IMG/VR virus record: IMGVR_UViG_3300027899_000800
Coordinates: 1,796 to 65,795 of that record
Length of the DNA: 64,000 nucleotides
Origin: a virus
Lineage: Duplodnaviria > Caudoviricetes
Direction: 5' to 3' (one strand)
Part shown: positions 19,392 through 28,745 of the stretch, in pieces
How positions within the stretch are numbered: position 1 is the stretch's first letter
Layout of the letters: each line of letters opens with the position of its first letter
Notes under the pieces: generated by a model
What the model saw: only the letters and a program-made list of their open reading frames with translations
Told to the model about the DNA's origin: nothing
The model's database searches: none
Made by a program: the position numbers and the translations under genes

Positions 19392-22300
19392 ATGTATTCT
19401 AACAAAGAAACAGTTATAGCAATTTATGGTTCTCATAACGCCACAGTTAGTTTAGCTATAGACGGTGAAATCAAAGAAGTTATAGAAATAGAAAGATTAG
19501 TAGGTAAGAAAAATGCGTCATTATTTTTCTACCCACCAACATTAATAAAAAATCCAGAGTCTACTCTTAATTGGATACAAAATTATTTTAATAAAAAATA
19601 TAATGTAACTAATTATGATTATTGTTACATTGATGTTGTTGATTTAGATATGATTAAAAGAGTATTTCCTTCTAAAGAATATATTCAAACTCAACATCAT
19701 GTTAATCATGCTAATAGTTCATTTTATCAATCTAACCATAAAGAAGCATTAATTTTATCTTTTGATGGTGGAGGAAATGATGGATGGTTTGTTCTATTCC
19801 ATGCTAAAAGAGGTGAAACTCCTAAAGTTTTACATAATGAAAATGTTAACTTTGGAGTTTGTTACTCAATGGTAGGCCATTATATAAATGAATTAAAACA
19901 TGAAAAAGATTATTTAATTGGTAATTTAGTTTACGCTGGTAAATTAATGGGTTTAGCAGGGTATGGAAAGATTAGACATGAGTGGTTAGATGAGTTTGAA
20001 AAGTGGTATGATTTGCCTACAGGTCTTGATCATATAAATTTAATAAAAGATATGTTTGATCGTTTAGGTATTAAACTAGAAGAAAATGGTTTAGCATCTA
20101 AAGAAGATAGTAGAGATTTAGCTGCTACTAATCAATATGCTTTTGAACAAAACACAATTAAACGAATTCAATCTTATCTTGATCAATATCCTCATTTACC
20201 TCTTCATATTACTGGAGGAGGAGGTTTAAATATATTATTTAATACTCGTTTAGGAAATGAAAGAGAAGTTTTTGTATCTCCTAATCCAAGCGATTGTGGC
20301 TTATCAGTTGGTATGTTATGTGGTCATATTAAACCAGAAAATGCAATTGATATAACATACGCTGGACCTGAAGTATTTGATAAAGATTCTCTATTAGATT
20401 ATATTGAGCCTTATGAAACAACAAGAGATATTGATGTTATAATTAATGATTTAAATAAAGGAAAAATTATAGGTGTAGTTAGAGGTGGAGCAGAACATGG
20501 ACCTAGAGCTTTAGGTAATAGAAGCATCATTTGTAACCCATCATTTCCAGAAATAAAAGATATTCTTAACGCTAAAGTAAAACACAGAGAATGGTATCGT
20601 CCATTTGCTCCTGTAGTTAGATTAGAAGACGTTAATGAGTATTTTGAGCTCGATAAAGAAAGCAGATGGATGAATTACTGTCCTAAAGTAAAACCAGAAT
20701 ATAAAGAAAAACTATCCGCTATAACTCATATAGATGGAACAGCTAGAGTACAAACAGTAACTAGGGAACAAAATGAGTGGTTATATGATTTATTAACTAA
20801 ATTTAAAGAAAAAACAGGTATTGGAGTACTTTTAAATACATCATTCAATATAGATGGTAAACCAATATTAAATACTTATAAAGACGCTTTTTTAGTTTTT
20901 AACACAAGTGATATGGATGGATTAATATTAGATGGTAATTATATCAATAAAGCTAATTCTATTGAAAAACCCAAATTAGATTCTAAACTAACAGTTGTAA
21001 CTGGATTATGGGATTTGAACAGACCAGGTAGAGATTTTAATGCTTATTTAGAACAATTTGAAAAATTATTAGATATAGATTGTAATTTATATATCTACAT
21101 TCAAAAAGAATATGAACATATAGTTTGGAAAAAAAGACAAAAACATAATACTGCTGTTAGAGTATATGAATTAAGTGATATAAAGGATATGTATGGTAGT
21201 TTTTGGGATAAAACTCAAGAAATAAGAACTAATCCTGAATGGTATAATAAAACTGGTGAAAATGGATGGTTGAAAAATAGTCCTCAAGCTACACTTGAGT
21301 ATTATAATCCTATAGTAATGTCTAAATTTTCTATGCTTCATAATGTAACTATATGGGACCCATTTGAATCAGATTATTTCGTATGGTTAGATGCAGGAAT
21401 TACATTTAGTGTTTATGAAAAGTATTTTACAGAACATAAAGTACTAGATAAAATGATTCCTCATTTAGATTCATTTTTATTTTTAAGCTACCCATATGAT
21501 GCTACAGATGAAATTCATGGATTTGATTATCAAGCTATGAATAGATTAGCTGGTGAAACTGTAAAATATGTTTGTAGAGGAGGATTATTTGGTGGACGTA
21601 AAGATATTATAAAACAAGGAAATAATACTTATTGGCACTTAGTTAATAATACCTTAAATCAAGGGTATATGGGTACTGAAGAAAGTATATTTACTCTTAT
21701 GGCTTATAATGAGCCTGAAATATATAGAAGATATGTTTTAGACGGTAATGGATTAATTGTAAAATTCACCCAAGCATTATGTGATAATCAAATAGAGTTA
21801 GAACCTATCCCTGAGCAACGTATATCTTTTATACCTAAAAACTTAGACACATCTAAATTAAAAACATCATTGTATATGCTTACCTTTAACTTCCCAGAAC
21901 AGGTAAGACATACTTTAGAAACATATAAACAACATCCAGGCTGGTTAGATAAAACAAGAAAAATATTAATTGATAATTCTAATAAACCTGAAGCTATAGA
22001 AGGTAATAAACTCATATGTGAAGAATATGGAATGGAACATATTATAACAGGTGAAAATTTAGGTATCAATAGAGGTAGATTATTAGCAGCTGAACATTTT
22101 CAAGAATCAGATAGTGATTATTATATCTTTTTAGAAGATGATATGGGGATATATGAATCTAATAATGAGTTTTGCAGAAATGGATTTAGAAAATACATAC
22201 CTGATCTATTTACAAAAATTCATAAAGTAATGTTAAAAGAAGAATTTGATTTTCTTAAATTATCTTTTACAGAAGTATACATGGATAATCAAATTCAATG

Positions 22301-22664
22301 TTCTTGGTATAATGTGCCTCAAACTACTAGAAATGAAGTATGGCCTAATTATAATAAATTACCTAAAACTGGTTTAGATCCAAATTGCCCTAGAACTAAA
22401 TTTAATAAAATAGATACTCTTGAAGATATATCATATATTGATGGTGAAGTATATTATTGTAATTGGCCTATGATAGTTAGTAAAGCAGGTAACCAAAAAA
22501 TGTTTTTAAATACAAAATGGGACAATCCTTATGAACAAACATGGATGAGTTATATGTTTATGGAAACAATAAAAAATAATCTAAAACCAGCTGTATTATT
22601 ATTATCTCCTGTAAATCATAATAGAATAAATCATTACAATGCTAATGAACGCAGAGAGAATTAA
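19392..22664 (+). CDS. fusion protein: carbamoyltransferase + HtrL/WlaTC-like glycosyltransferase + GT-A-like domain
   Basis: Full NodU motif set in about aa 1-520; TVVTGLWDLNR, WLDAG, GGLFGG, GTEESI in the middle; YIFLEDD near the C-terminus. Confidence 0.85.
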   Translation: MYSNKETVIAIYGSHNATVSLAIDGEIKEVIEIERLVGKKNASLFFYPPTLIKNPESTLNWIQNYFNKKYNVTNYDYCYIDVVDLDMIKRVFPSKEYIQTQHHVNHANSSFYQSNHKEALILSFDGGGNDGWFVLFHAKRGETPKVLHNENVNFGVCYSMVGHYINELKHEKDYLIGNLVYAGKLMGLAGYGKIRHEWLDEFEKWYDLPTGLDHINLIKDMFDRLGIKLEENGLASKEDSRDLAATNQYAFEQNTIKRIQSYLDQYPHLPLHITGGGGLNILFNTRLGNEREVFVSPNPSDCGLSVGMLCGHIKPENAIDITYAGPEVFDKDSLLDYIEPYETTRDIDVIINDLNKGKIIGVVRGGAEHGPRALGNRSIICNPSFPEIKDILNAKVKHREWYRPFAPVVRLEDVNEYFELDKESRWMNYCPKVKPEYKEKLSAITHIDGTARVQTVTREQNEWLYDLLTKFKEKTGIGVLLNTSFNIDGKPILNTYKDAFLVFNTSDMDGLILDGNYINKANSIEKPKLDSKLTVVTGLWDLNRPGRDFNAYLEQFEKLLDIDCNLYIYIQKEYEHIVWKKRQKHNTAVRVYELSDIKDMYGSFWDKTQEIRTNPEWYNKTGENGWLKNSPQATLEYYNPIVMSKFSMLHNVTIWDPFESDYFVWLDAGITFSVYEKYFTEHKVLDKMIPHLDSFLFLSYPYDATDEIHGFDYQAMNRLAGETVKYVCRGGLFGGRKDIIKQGNNTYWHLVNNTLNQGYMGTEESIFTLMAYNEPEIYRRYVLDGNGLIVKFTQALCDNQIELEPIPEQRISFIPKNLDTSKLKTSLYMLTFNFPEQVRHTLETYKQHPGWLDKTRKILIDNSNKPEAIEGNKLICEEYGMEHIITGENLGINRGRLLAAEHFQESDSDYYIFLEDDMGIYESNNEFCRNGFRKYIPDLFTKIHKVMLKEEFDFLKLSFTEVYMDNQIQCSWYNVPQTTRNEVWPNYNKLPKTGLDPNCPRTKFNKIDTLEDISYIDGEVYYCNWPMIVSKAGNQKMFLNTKWDNPYEQTWMSYMFMETIKNNLKPAVLLLSPVNHNRINHYNANERREN

Positions 22665-22695
22665 TATTTATTAACATAATAAATACAATAATTTT

Positions 22696-23895
22696 ATGCC
22701 TATTACTAGACGTTTATATGAAAAAGCTAACTCAAGAATAAGTATTTCCAACCAACCTGAATTTCCAATCCAGCAAGCTTATACAGCTACTGTGAGAAAC
22801 GCGTATCCTAGCGCTTCTTTAACAGAAGCTTGGGGAACTTATACTGCTAATTATATTAAATCAAAAGGATATAATCCTAAAAATACACTTTATGCTTTAG
22901 GAATTTGCGCGGATGATGTAGATGCTTTCACAAATAATGGAAACATTGGACAATTTCCTTCATCTATGCAATCTTTTCTTGGACCATTTATGTCAGGTGG
23001 TTTAGCTGGTTATCCATTTGTTGGAAGTATTGGATTTGGTGCTTTTGCAAGTCATATTACAGACACAGGAACTTTATTTATTTCAAGCACACCACACATT
23101 GGTATTACATCTGATGGTCAAATTGGTAGACAATATAGAAGAGGTCAATCAAGTACAACAGCCAGTACCAACTGTGGAGCAGTTCATGGCGCTGTAGGAT
23201 TAGTATCATCAAATCCAAATTCTCCATCACAATCAAATGCACCATATAATAATGGAAATTATGAATTATGGAAATTAGCTAATATAGTTTATAATTATTC
23301 ATCTTCATTTAATGGTTCAGAAGGTAGAAATATATTAACAGCAACAACGTATATCCAAGATGAGGGATTAAATTATATTTTTAATAACTCTTCCTCATTT
23401 CATGATGCTGCTACTGGTAGTGATGTATTCTTATTGGGTGGAGTTTTTATTAATACAGATGATAAATATCAATCATATATTGATGTAGATTATTTTGCCA
23501 AATACACAGCAATTGGATCAGGGAGTTGGGAAGATTTAACCACAGAATATCGTGATGGTTTACTTGCCCTACGTGATAATTCAGTAAAGGTTTCAAGAGC
23601 TTATAGTCAAGAATTATCATTTCCTATTAGTAATACAAGCTTACATATAAGATTTGAAGATACTGTTAATAATAATGGAATACAAACTTTAAATACACAA
23701 TATACAAGTACTACAGTACATAATATTGATCAATTAGTGAATTTATTTAATAACAATGCTAGTTTTAACCAATACGGTGTTTATTCAAAAAGTGATCGTA
23801 ATAATAAATTAGTATTAACTATGACAGATTCTTATAGGTATACATATTTAGAAGGTAATATCGGATTATTATCATTAAATGTTTTTAATGATTAA
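22696..23895 (+). CDS. LCIB/LCIC-type (theta-class) carbonic anhydrase domain protein
   Basis: ICADD, F.SGGLAGYPFVG..GFGAFASH, PHIGI...G..G...RRGQ, CGA (Cys/His/Cys Zn ligands); Ser/Asn-rich C-terminal extension. Confidence 0.72.
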   Translation: MPITRRLYEKANSRISISNQPEFPIQQAYTATVRNAYPSASLTEAWGTYTANYIKSKGYNPKNTLYALGICADDVDAFTNNGNIGQFPSSMQSFLGPFMSGGLAGYPFVGSIGFGAFASHITDTGTLFISSTPHIGITSDGQIGRQYRRGQSSTTASTNCGAVHGAVGLVSSNPNSPSQSNAPYNNGNYELWKLANIVYNYSSSFNGSEGRNILTATTYIQDEGLNYIFNNSSSFHDAATGSDVFLLGGVFINTDDKYQSYIDVDYFAKYTAIGSGSWEDLTTEYRDGLLALRDNSVKVSRAYSQELSFPISNTSLHIRFEDTVNNNGIQTLNTQYTSTTVHNIDQLVNLFNNNASFNQYGVYSKSDRNNKLVLTMTDSYRYTYLEGNIGLLSLNVFND

Positions 23896-23921
23896 ATGTA
23901 AAAATAATATATAAATTTAAG

Positions 23922-23953
23922 TTTGGCGTCCTCGGACGCCTTACTTATTTTTA
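23922..23953 (+). promoter_or_regulatory. promoter TTTG-N20-TATTTTTA with the hairpin GGCGTCC-TC-GGACGCC in its spacer, upstream of polB
   Basis: Exact 20-nt spacing; perfect 7-bp inverted repeat at 23925-23940. Confidence 0.55.
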
Positions 23954-23957
23954 ATAT

Positions 23958-26546
23958 ATGTTTCAAGCTATACACTACGACTTTAAAAATAAAACATGTC
24001 ATTTAAGAGATGATAAACAAGGATGGATGAGTTTTGAATACTATCCAACTTACTATAAACTTGATCCTAACGGAAAATATGAAACGTTAGATGGTAAACG
24101 AGTATCTCCTACTCAAAAATGTGACAAAAATGAACCACTAACATATTATGAAATAGATATACCTATGGAAACTAGGGTATTAGTTGACGCTTATAAAGAT
24201 TTAGATGAAGCGCCTCAATACCATAACACAGTGTTTCTAGATATCGAGTGTGAAATTGGAGGAGCACTAACAACTGATTATATTAAATCAGCTCCAATGA
24301 AAATAACATCTATAGCTTTATATGATGTTACACTTAAAAAATATTATTGTTTAGTTTTAGATGAGAAAAAACAATTAAATGATATTAAAGAAAATAACAA
24401 AGAAATTATTTCCTGTTCTACAGAATTTGATCTATTATCTAAATTCATCAGTATATGGCTTGATTCTGATCCTACTATTGTCAGTGGCTGGAATAGTGAG
24501 TTTTTTGATATACCTTATCTTTATCATAGGATTTGCAGGGTATTGGGTGAAGAGAAAGCTAAGGAATTATCACCGTTAGGTATTGTTTATGTAAAAGATT
24601 TCTTTAATAAGAGTGCTCAATCAACAGAATCCACAGTTAATATAGCAGGTGTTAACCATCTTGACTATATGTTGTTGCATAAGAAGTATATTATGAAACA
24701 AGAGTCATCTTATAAATTAGGTGATATAGGAGAGAAATATGTTAAGTTAGGTAAAATAGAATATGAAGGATCACTTGATAAATTATTTAAAGATGATGTT
24801 CATAAATTTATAGAATATAATTTACGTGATGTTGAGATATTAATTGAATTAGATAAAAAATTACAGTTTATAGATTTAACAGTTAATATATGTCATTTAT
24901 GTCATGTACCATATGAAAACATATATTACTCAACAGCATTAAATGAGGGAGCTATTTTAACCTATCTAAAAAGAAAAGATATAGTTTCACCTAACAAACC
25001 AACTACATATAACCCAGCATTAAAAGAAGCTAATGAAGAATATGCTGGTGGTTATCTTAAAGACCCAGTACCTGGTTTATATGAATGGGTATCTGACTTA
25101 GACTTTACTTCACTATATCCATCTATTATTCGTAATTTAAATATGGGTTTAGAAACATTAGTTGGTAGAATACAAAATAGAAATAAGTATGATAACCAAT
25201 GGGGATTAGGTGATTTAAAAGCAATGGATGGAGAAGAAGAAATACCTATCGAAAAAGTAACACCAGAGAGAAGAGTTAAATTAACTTATATAAAAGTAAA
25301 AGATTTAATAGCATTAGTTGAAAATAATAAATTAATAATATCTGCTAATGGTACTCTATTTAGAAAAGATAAATCAAGTATTGTAGTGGAAATATTAAAC
25401 GATTGGTTTAATAAAAGAAAACAATATAAAGACCTAATGAAAACCGCTTTTAAGGCAGGTGATATAGCTAAAGGAGAACATTATAATCGCTTACAACATA
25501 CCTTTAAAATTAAATTAAACGATGTATACGGAGTATTTGCTCAGAATGGATGGAGATATAGTGACGGTAATTTATTTATTAGTAAAGCAATCACCCTCAC
25601 AGGTCAACGTTTGGACCAGGAATCAATTAACTTTGTCAATAGAGAAGTTAGCACAGAGTTAGGAGTAGAAAAAGATTATGTGATAACAGCAGACACAGAT
25701 AGTTTATTCTTTGAATTAAAAGATTTAATATTAAAACGAAAACCAGATATTAATATTAATAATAGAGAAGAAGTAGTACCTATTGCTCTTGAAATAACTA
25801 AAGATTATCAAGATAAAACAAAACCATTCTTACAAAATTTATGTAAAGATTTATTTAATATTGATAATGAATATTTTGAATTAAAACAAGAGGTTGTTCT
25901 TGAACGAGGTTACTTTGCAGGTAAAAGAAGATACGCTCAATTTATTGTTAATAAAGAAGGTGTACCAACTGAAGAATTAGATATTAAAGGAATGGATGTA
26001 ATGAAATCAAATATGAATCCATTATATAGAAAGTTTGGTGAAGGTATTTTATTAGATATAATGTATGGTAAAACTAAAAATGAAATTGATAAGAAAATTA
26101 TTGACTTTAAAAAGTCATTAGATGCTGTACCTATTAAAAATATAGCCAAACCAACTGGAGTTAGAAACATTAAAAAATATATAGCCTCACCTCCACAATC
26201 AGGACAAATATTTTCTAAATTAGAACTTAAATGTCCTATTAATACTAAAGCGGCTATATGGTATAATGATTTATTACGTTTTAAAAAACTAGATAAAAAG
26301 TATTCATGTTTTACTGAAGGTGATAAAATGTATTATGTCCAATTAAAGGATAATCCATATAAAATAGAAGTATTAGGATTTACAGGTAACGACCCAGAGT
26401 TTATAACTGAGTTTATTACTAAATTTATTGATAAAGAAGAAGGATTTAATTCAACACTATTAAATAAATTACAAGGCATATATGGAGATTTGAAATGGTC
26501 ATTTCCAAGTTTAAATGCTTATGTAAATAAGTTTTTTAGTTTTTAA
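23958..26546 (+). CDS. family B DNA polymerase
   Basis: Exonuclease motifs LDIEC, GWNSEFFDIPY, YNLRDV; polymerase motifs DFTSLYPSII, K..LN..YG, DTDS, KRRY. Confidence 0.95.
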   Translation: MFQAIHYDFKNKTCHLRDDKQGWMSFEYYPTYYKLDPNGKYETLDGKRVSPTQKCDKNEPLTYYEIDIPMETRVLVDAYKDLDEAPQYHNTVFLDIECEIGGALTTDYIKSAPMKITSIALYDVTLKKYYCLVLDEKKQLNDIKENNKEIISCSTEFDLLSKFISIWLDSDPTIVSGWNSEFFDIPYLYHRICRVLGEEKAKELSPLGIVYVKDFFNKSAQSTESTVNIAGVNHLDYMLLHKKYIMKQESSYKLGDIGEKYVKLGKIEYEGSLDKLFKDDVHKFIEYNLRDVEILIELDKKLQFIDLTVNICHLCHVPYENIYYSTALNEGAILTYLKRKDIVSPNKPTTYNPALKEANEEYAGGYLKDPVPGLYEWVSDLDFTSLYPSIIRNLNMGLETLVGRIQNRNKYDNQWGLGDLKAMDGEEEIPIEKVTPERRVKLTYIKVKDLIALVENNKLIISANGTLFRKDKSSIVVEILNDWFNKRKQYKDLMKTAFKAGDIAKGEHYNRLQHTFKIKLNDVYGVFAQNGWRYSDGNLFISKAITLTGQRLDQESINFVNREVSTELGVEKDYVITADTDSLFFELKDLILKRKPDININNREEVVPIALEITKDYQDKTKPFLQNLCKDLFNIDNEYFELKQEVVLERGYFAGKRRYAQFIVNKEGVPTEELDIKGMDVMKSNMNPLYRKFGEGILLDIMYGKTKNEIDKKIIDFKKSLDAVPIKNIAKPTGVRNIKKYIASPPQSGQIFSKLELKCPINTKAAIWYNDLLRFKKLDKKYSCFTEGDKMYYVQLKDNPYKIEVLGFTGNDPEFITEFITKFIDKEEGFNSTLLNKLQGIYGDLKWSFPSLNAYVNKFFSF

Positions 26547-26576
26547 TAACCCAAATAAAGATATTATATTAATTAT

Positions 26577-26915
26577 ATGTATTTAATAAAAGGTTTTATA
26601 TTTGGTTTATTAGCTCAAATTATTACATTTCTTCAATTACAAGGACAAATGAAATATGAATTTTTAAAAAATAACATACTGCTCACAGCAGCAATGGGTA
26701 TTCCTATCTCATTATTATTTATGTTTTCAGTCCGCAATCTAGTAACAGCTTATAATGGTGAGATATGGCCATCACGATTAATAGGATTTGGAATTGGAGT
26801 AATAACATTTGCTCTTATGTCTCATTACTTATTTAAAGAACCATTAACAACTAAAACACTTATTTGTTTAAGCCTAGGAGTTATTATAATTTTAATTCAA
26901 ATATTTTGGAAATAA
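26577..26915 (+). CDS. 4-TM small membrane protein (DMT-like)
   Basis: Four hydrophobic helices, FKEPLT.K motif. Confidence 0.65.
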   Translation: MYLIKGFIFGLLAQIITFLQLQGQMKYEFLKNNILLTAAMGIPISLLFMFSVRNLVTAYNGEIWPSRLIGFGIGVITFALMSHYLFKEPLTTKTLICLSLGVIIILIQIFWK

Positions 26916-26916
26916 T

Positions 26917-27651
26917 ATGAACAAACAAACTTTAGTATCAACTATCGACAAGTATTATCTAAATGGAACTGTAGAGTCAGTTAAATGGGTTATTAAAGAT
27001 AAAAACATGACTGTTGATTTTATCACTCCATTTAAAAATTTAGTAGGTAAAGTAATCAGCCCTAATATTGATTTAGAAGACAGTGAAATAGGAATATATA
27101 ATACTAGTCAATTTTATAAGTTAGTCAAGATAATGGATAATTATATAGTTTTAAAACTAAATAAAAGCGAACGTGGTACACCACTTGAACTAACTATAGC
27201 AGATAATCAATATGACTTAAATTATTACTTATCAGATCTTAATTTAATCGAAACTATACCTACCATTAATGAACCAGAAACATATGATGCTAGTTTAAAT
27301 ATTGATTCTAGTTTTATAACTACATTTGCTAATGCTAAAAAAGCATTAGGTGATGTAAAACAATTTACTGTTAAATCTGAATATGATAAAGAAAATGGAA
27401 CTGGTTTATTAATAACCATAGGTGAAGGAAATGGTTATGCTAATAAAATCAAATTTAAAACACCATGTGAGTCATTACTTGGTCTAAATGAAATGCCATT
27501 TCCGGCTGATGTTATGAATGAAGTATTAAAAGCTAATGAAGAAGCAAATAGCGGCACTATAGAAATTAGTCAAGAGGGATTAATGAAATTAACATTTAAA
27601 GAAGATTCTATAGAATCTACTTATTATCTAGTTCGTCTTTCTACAAACTAA
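26917..27651 (+). CDS. putative sliding clamp (gp45-like)
   Basis: 244 aa, next to polB, GIY...F pattern, C-terminal GLMKLTF....STYYLV as in clamps. Confidence 0.6.
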   Translation: MNKQTLVSTIDKYYLNGTVESVKWVIKDKNMTVDFITPFKNLVGKVISPNIDLEDSEIGIYNTSQFYKLVKIMDNYIVLKLNKSERGTPLELTIADNQYDLNYYLSDLNLIETIPTINEPETYDASLNIDSSFITTFANAKKALGDVKQFTVKSEYDKENGTGLLITIGEGNGYANKIKFKTPCESLLGLNEMPFPADVMNEVLKANEEANSGTIEISQEGLMKLTFKEDSIESTYYLVRLSTN

Positions 27652-27667
27652 TATATTTATAAACACA

Positions 27668-27749
27668 AGCAGAGGCACGGTAGGTCTCTTAGTTATGAAT
27701 AATTAATAACCGCTCACCTTCGGGGAGCATAAAACACAGGAGGTTTAAA
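27668..27749 (+). promoter_or_regulatory. structured 5' leader of hsp20 with a C(UUCG)G hairpin and a full AGGAGG Shine-Dalgarno site
   Basis: GCTCACC-TTCG-GGGAGC at 27712-27728; AGGAGG at 27738-27743; GGTAGGTCTC at 27679-27688 complementary to 28201-28210. Confidence 0.65.
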
Positions 27750-28193
27750 ATGACACATTTATCTCATTGGACAACAGATCCAATCGACATCTTTTGGAAG
27801 AATTTTTTCGACCAAAACAGCAAATTTCAAAATACAATTGATACTAAAATCAACTATCCAGTTGATATTTACGAAACAGAAAACGGGTTACGATTTGAGC
27901 TCGCAGTAGTTGGTCTAGACAAAGAAGATCTAGATATACAAACAGAATCAGATACATTAAGGATTAAACACGAAAAAAAGGAAAGTGATATTTCACCTGA
28001 GGCTTACTATCAAAAAGGTATAGCTAGGCGTTCATTTGACTTAGCGTGGAAGATATCTTCAAAACTTGATTTAAGCAAATTAGATGCTTCATTAGATAAA
28101 GGATTATTAGTTATTGATATTCCTTATTCAGCTGATAAAGCACCTAAAAAAGTTGAAATCAAAATCAATTCCAAAACCTTATTACAAGGATAA
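27750..28193 (+). CDS. small heat-shock protein (Hsp20/IbpA family)
   Basis: YPVDIYE, ELAVVG..KEDL.I, KGIARRSF...W, A.LDKGLL.I.IP. Confidence 0.92.
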   Translation: MTHLSHWTTDPIDIFWKNFFDQNSKFQNTIDTKINYPVDIYETENGLRFELAVVGLDKEDLDIQTESDTLRIKHEKKESDISPEAYYQKGIARRSFDLAWKISSKLDLSKLDASLDKGLLVIDIPYSADKAPKKVEIKINSKTLLQG

Positions 28194-28221
28194 ATAAAAC
28201 GAGACCTACCAAAACTCTGTT

Positions 28222-28431
28222 ATGCCAATACCAACTCAGTTTATTTCATTTCAAGATAAACTTTTTATTTTAAAACGTCGTGTTATAGACGATCCTAAAT
28301 ACACAGGCGAACCATTAGATATTATGATGAAATGGTTAGGATCAAATAAAGTTTTAAGAAAAGATGGTTATTTATTTTTTCTAGAAGAAATAGAAGAAGC
28401 TGAAGTGCTTGGCTACTATACAAAAAATTAG
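28222..28431 (+). CDS. hypothetical protein
   Basis: 69 aa ORF in operon order. Confidence 0.6.
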   Translation: MPIPTQFISFQDKLFILKRRVIDDPKYTGEPLDIMMKWLGSNKVLRKDGYLFFLEEIEEAEVLGYYTKN

Positions 28432-28454
28432 TATATTAATTAAAATAAAGTATT

Positions 28455-28745
28455 ATGAGTAATTTAAAACCATTAAATGGAAACATTGTTATTAAGCCAT
28501 TAGAAGAACAAGAAATGACTTATGGCAATATCGTAATTCCCGATATGGGAAAAGAAAAACCAGAAGTAGGACAGATAATTTCAGTGAGTGATACTTACAA
28601 TTGGCATACAGGTGAGTATGTTAAAAGTAAACTCAAACCTGGACAAACAGTATTGATACCTAAAATGGGAGCAGTATCATTTGGATTAGACGGAGAAGAT
28701 TATTATATAACTAAAGAATCAGAAATATTAGCAGTTTATGAGTAA
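28455..28745 (+). CDS. groES: co-chaperonin GroES
   Basis: LKPLNGNIVIKP, GNIVIPD..KEKP, E.EILAV. Confidence 0.93.
   Translation: MSNLKPLNGNIVIKPLEEQEMTYGNIVIPDMGKEKPEVGQIISVSDTYNWHTGEYVKSKLKPGQTVLIPKMGAVSFGLDGEDYYITKESEILAVYE

Noticed and set aside
1583-26546. Inteins or group I introns in nrdJ or polB
   Set aside because: Both have normal lengths and contiguous motifs, with no intein splice-junction signature
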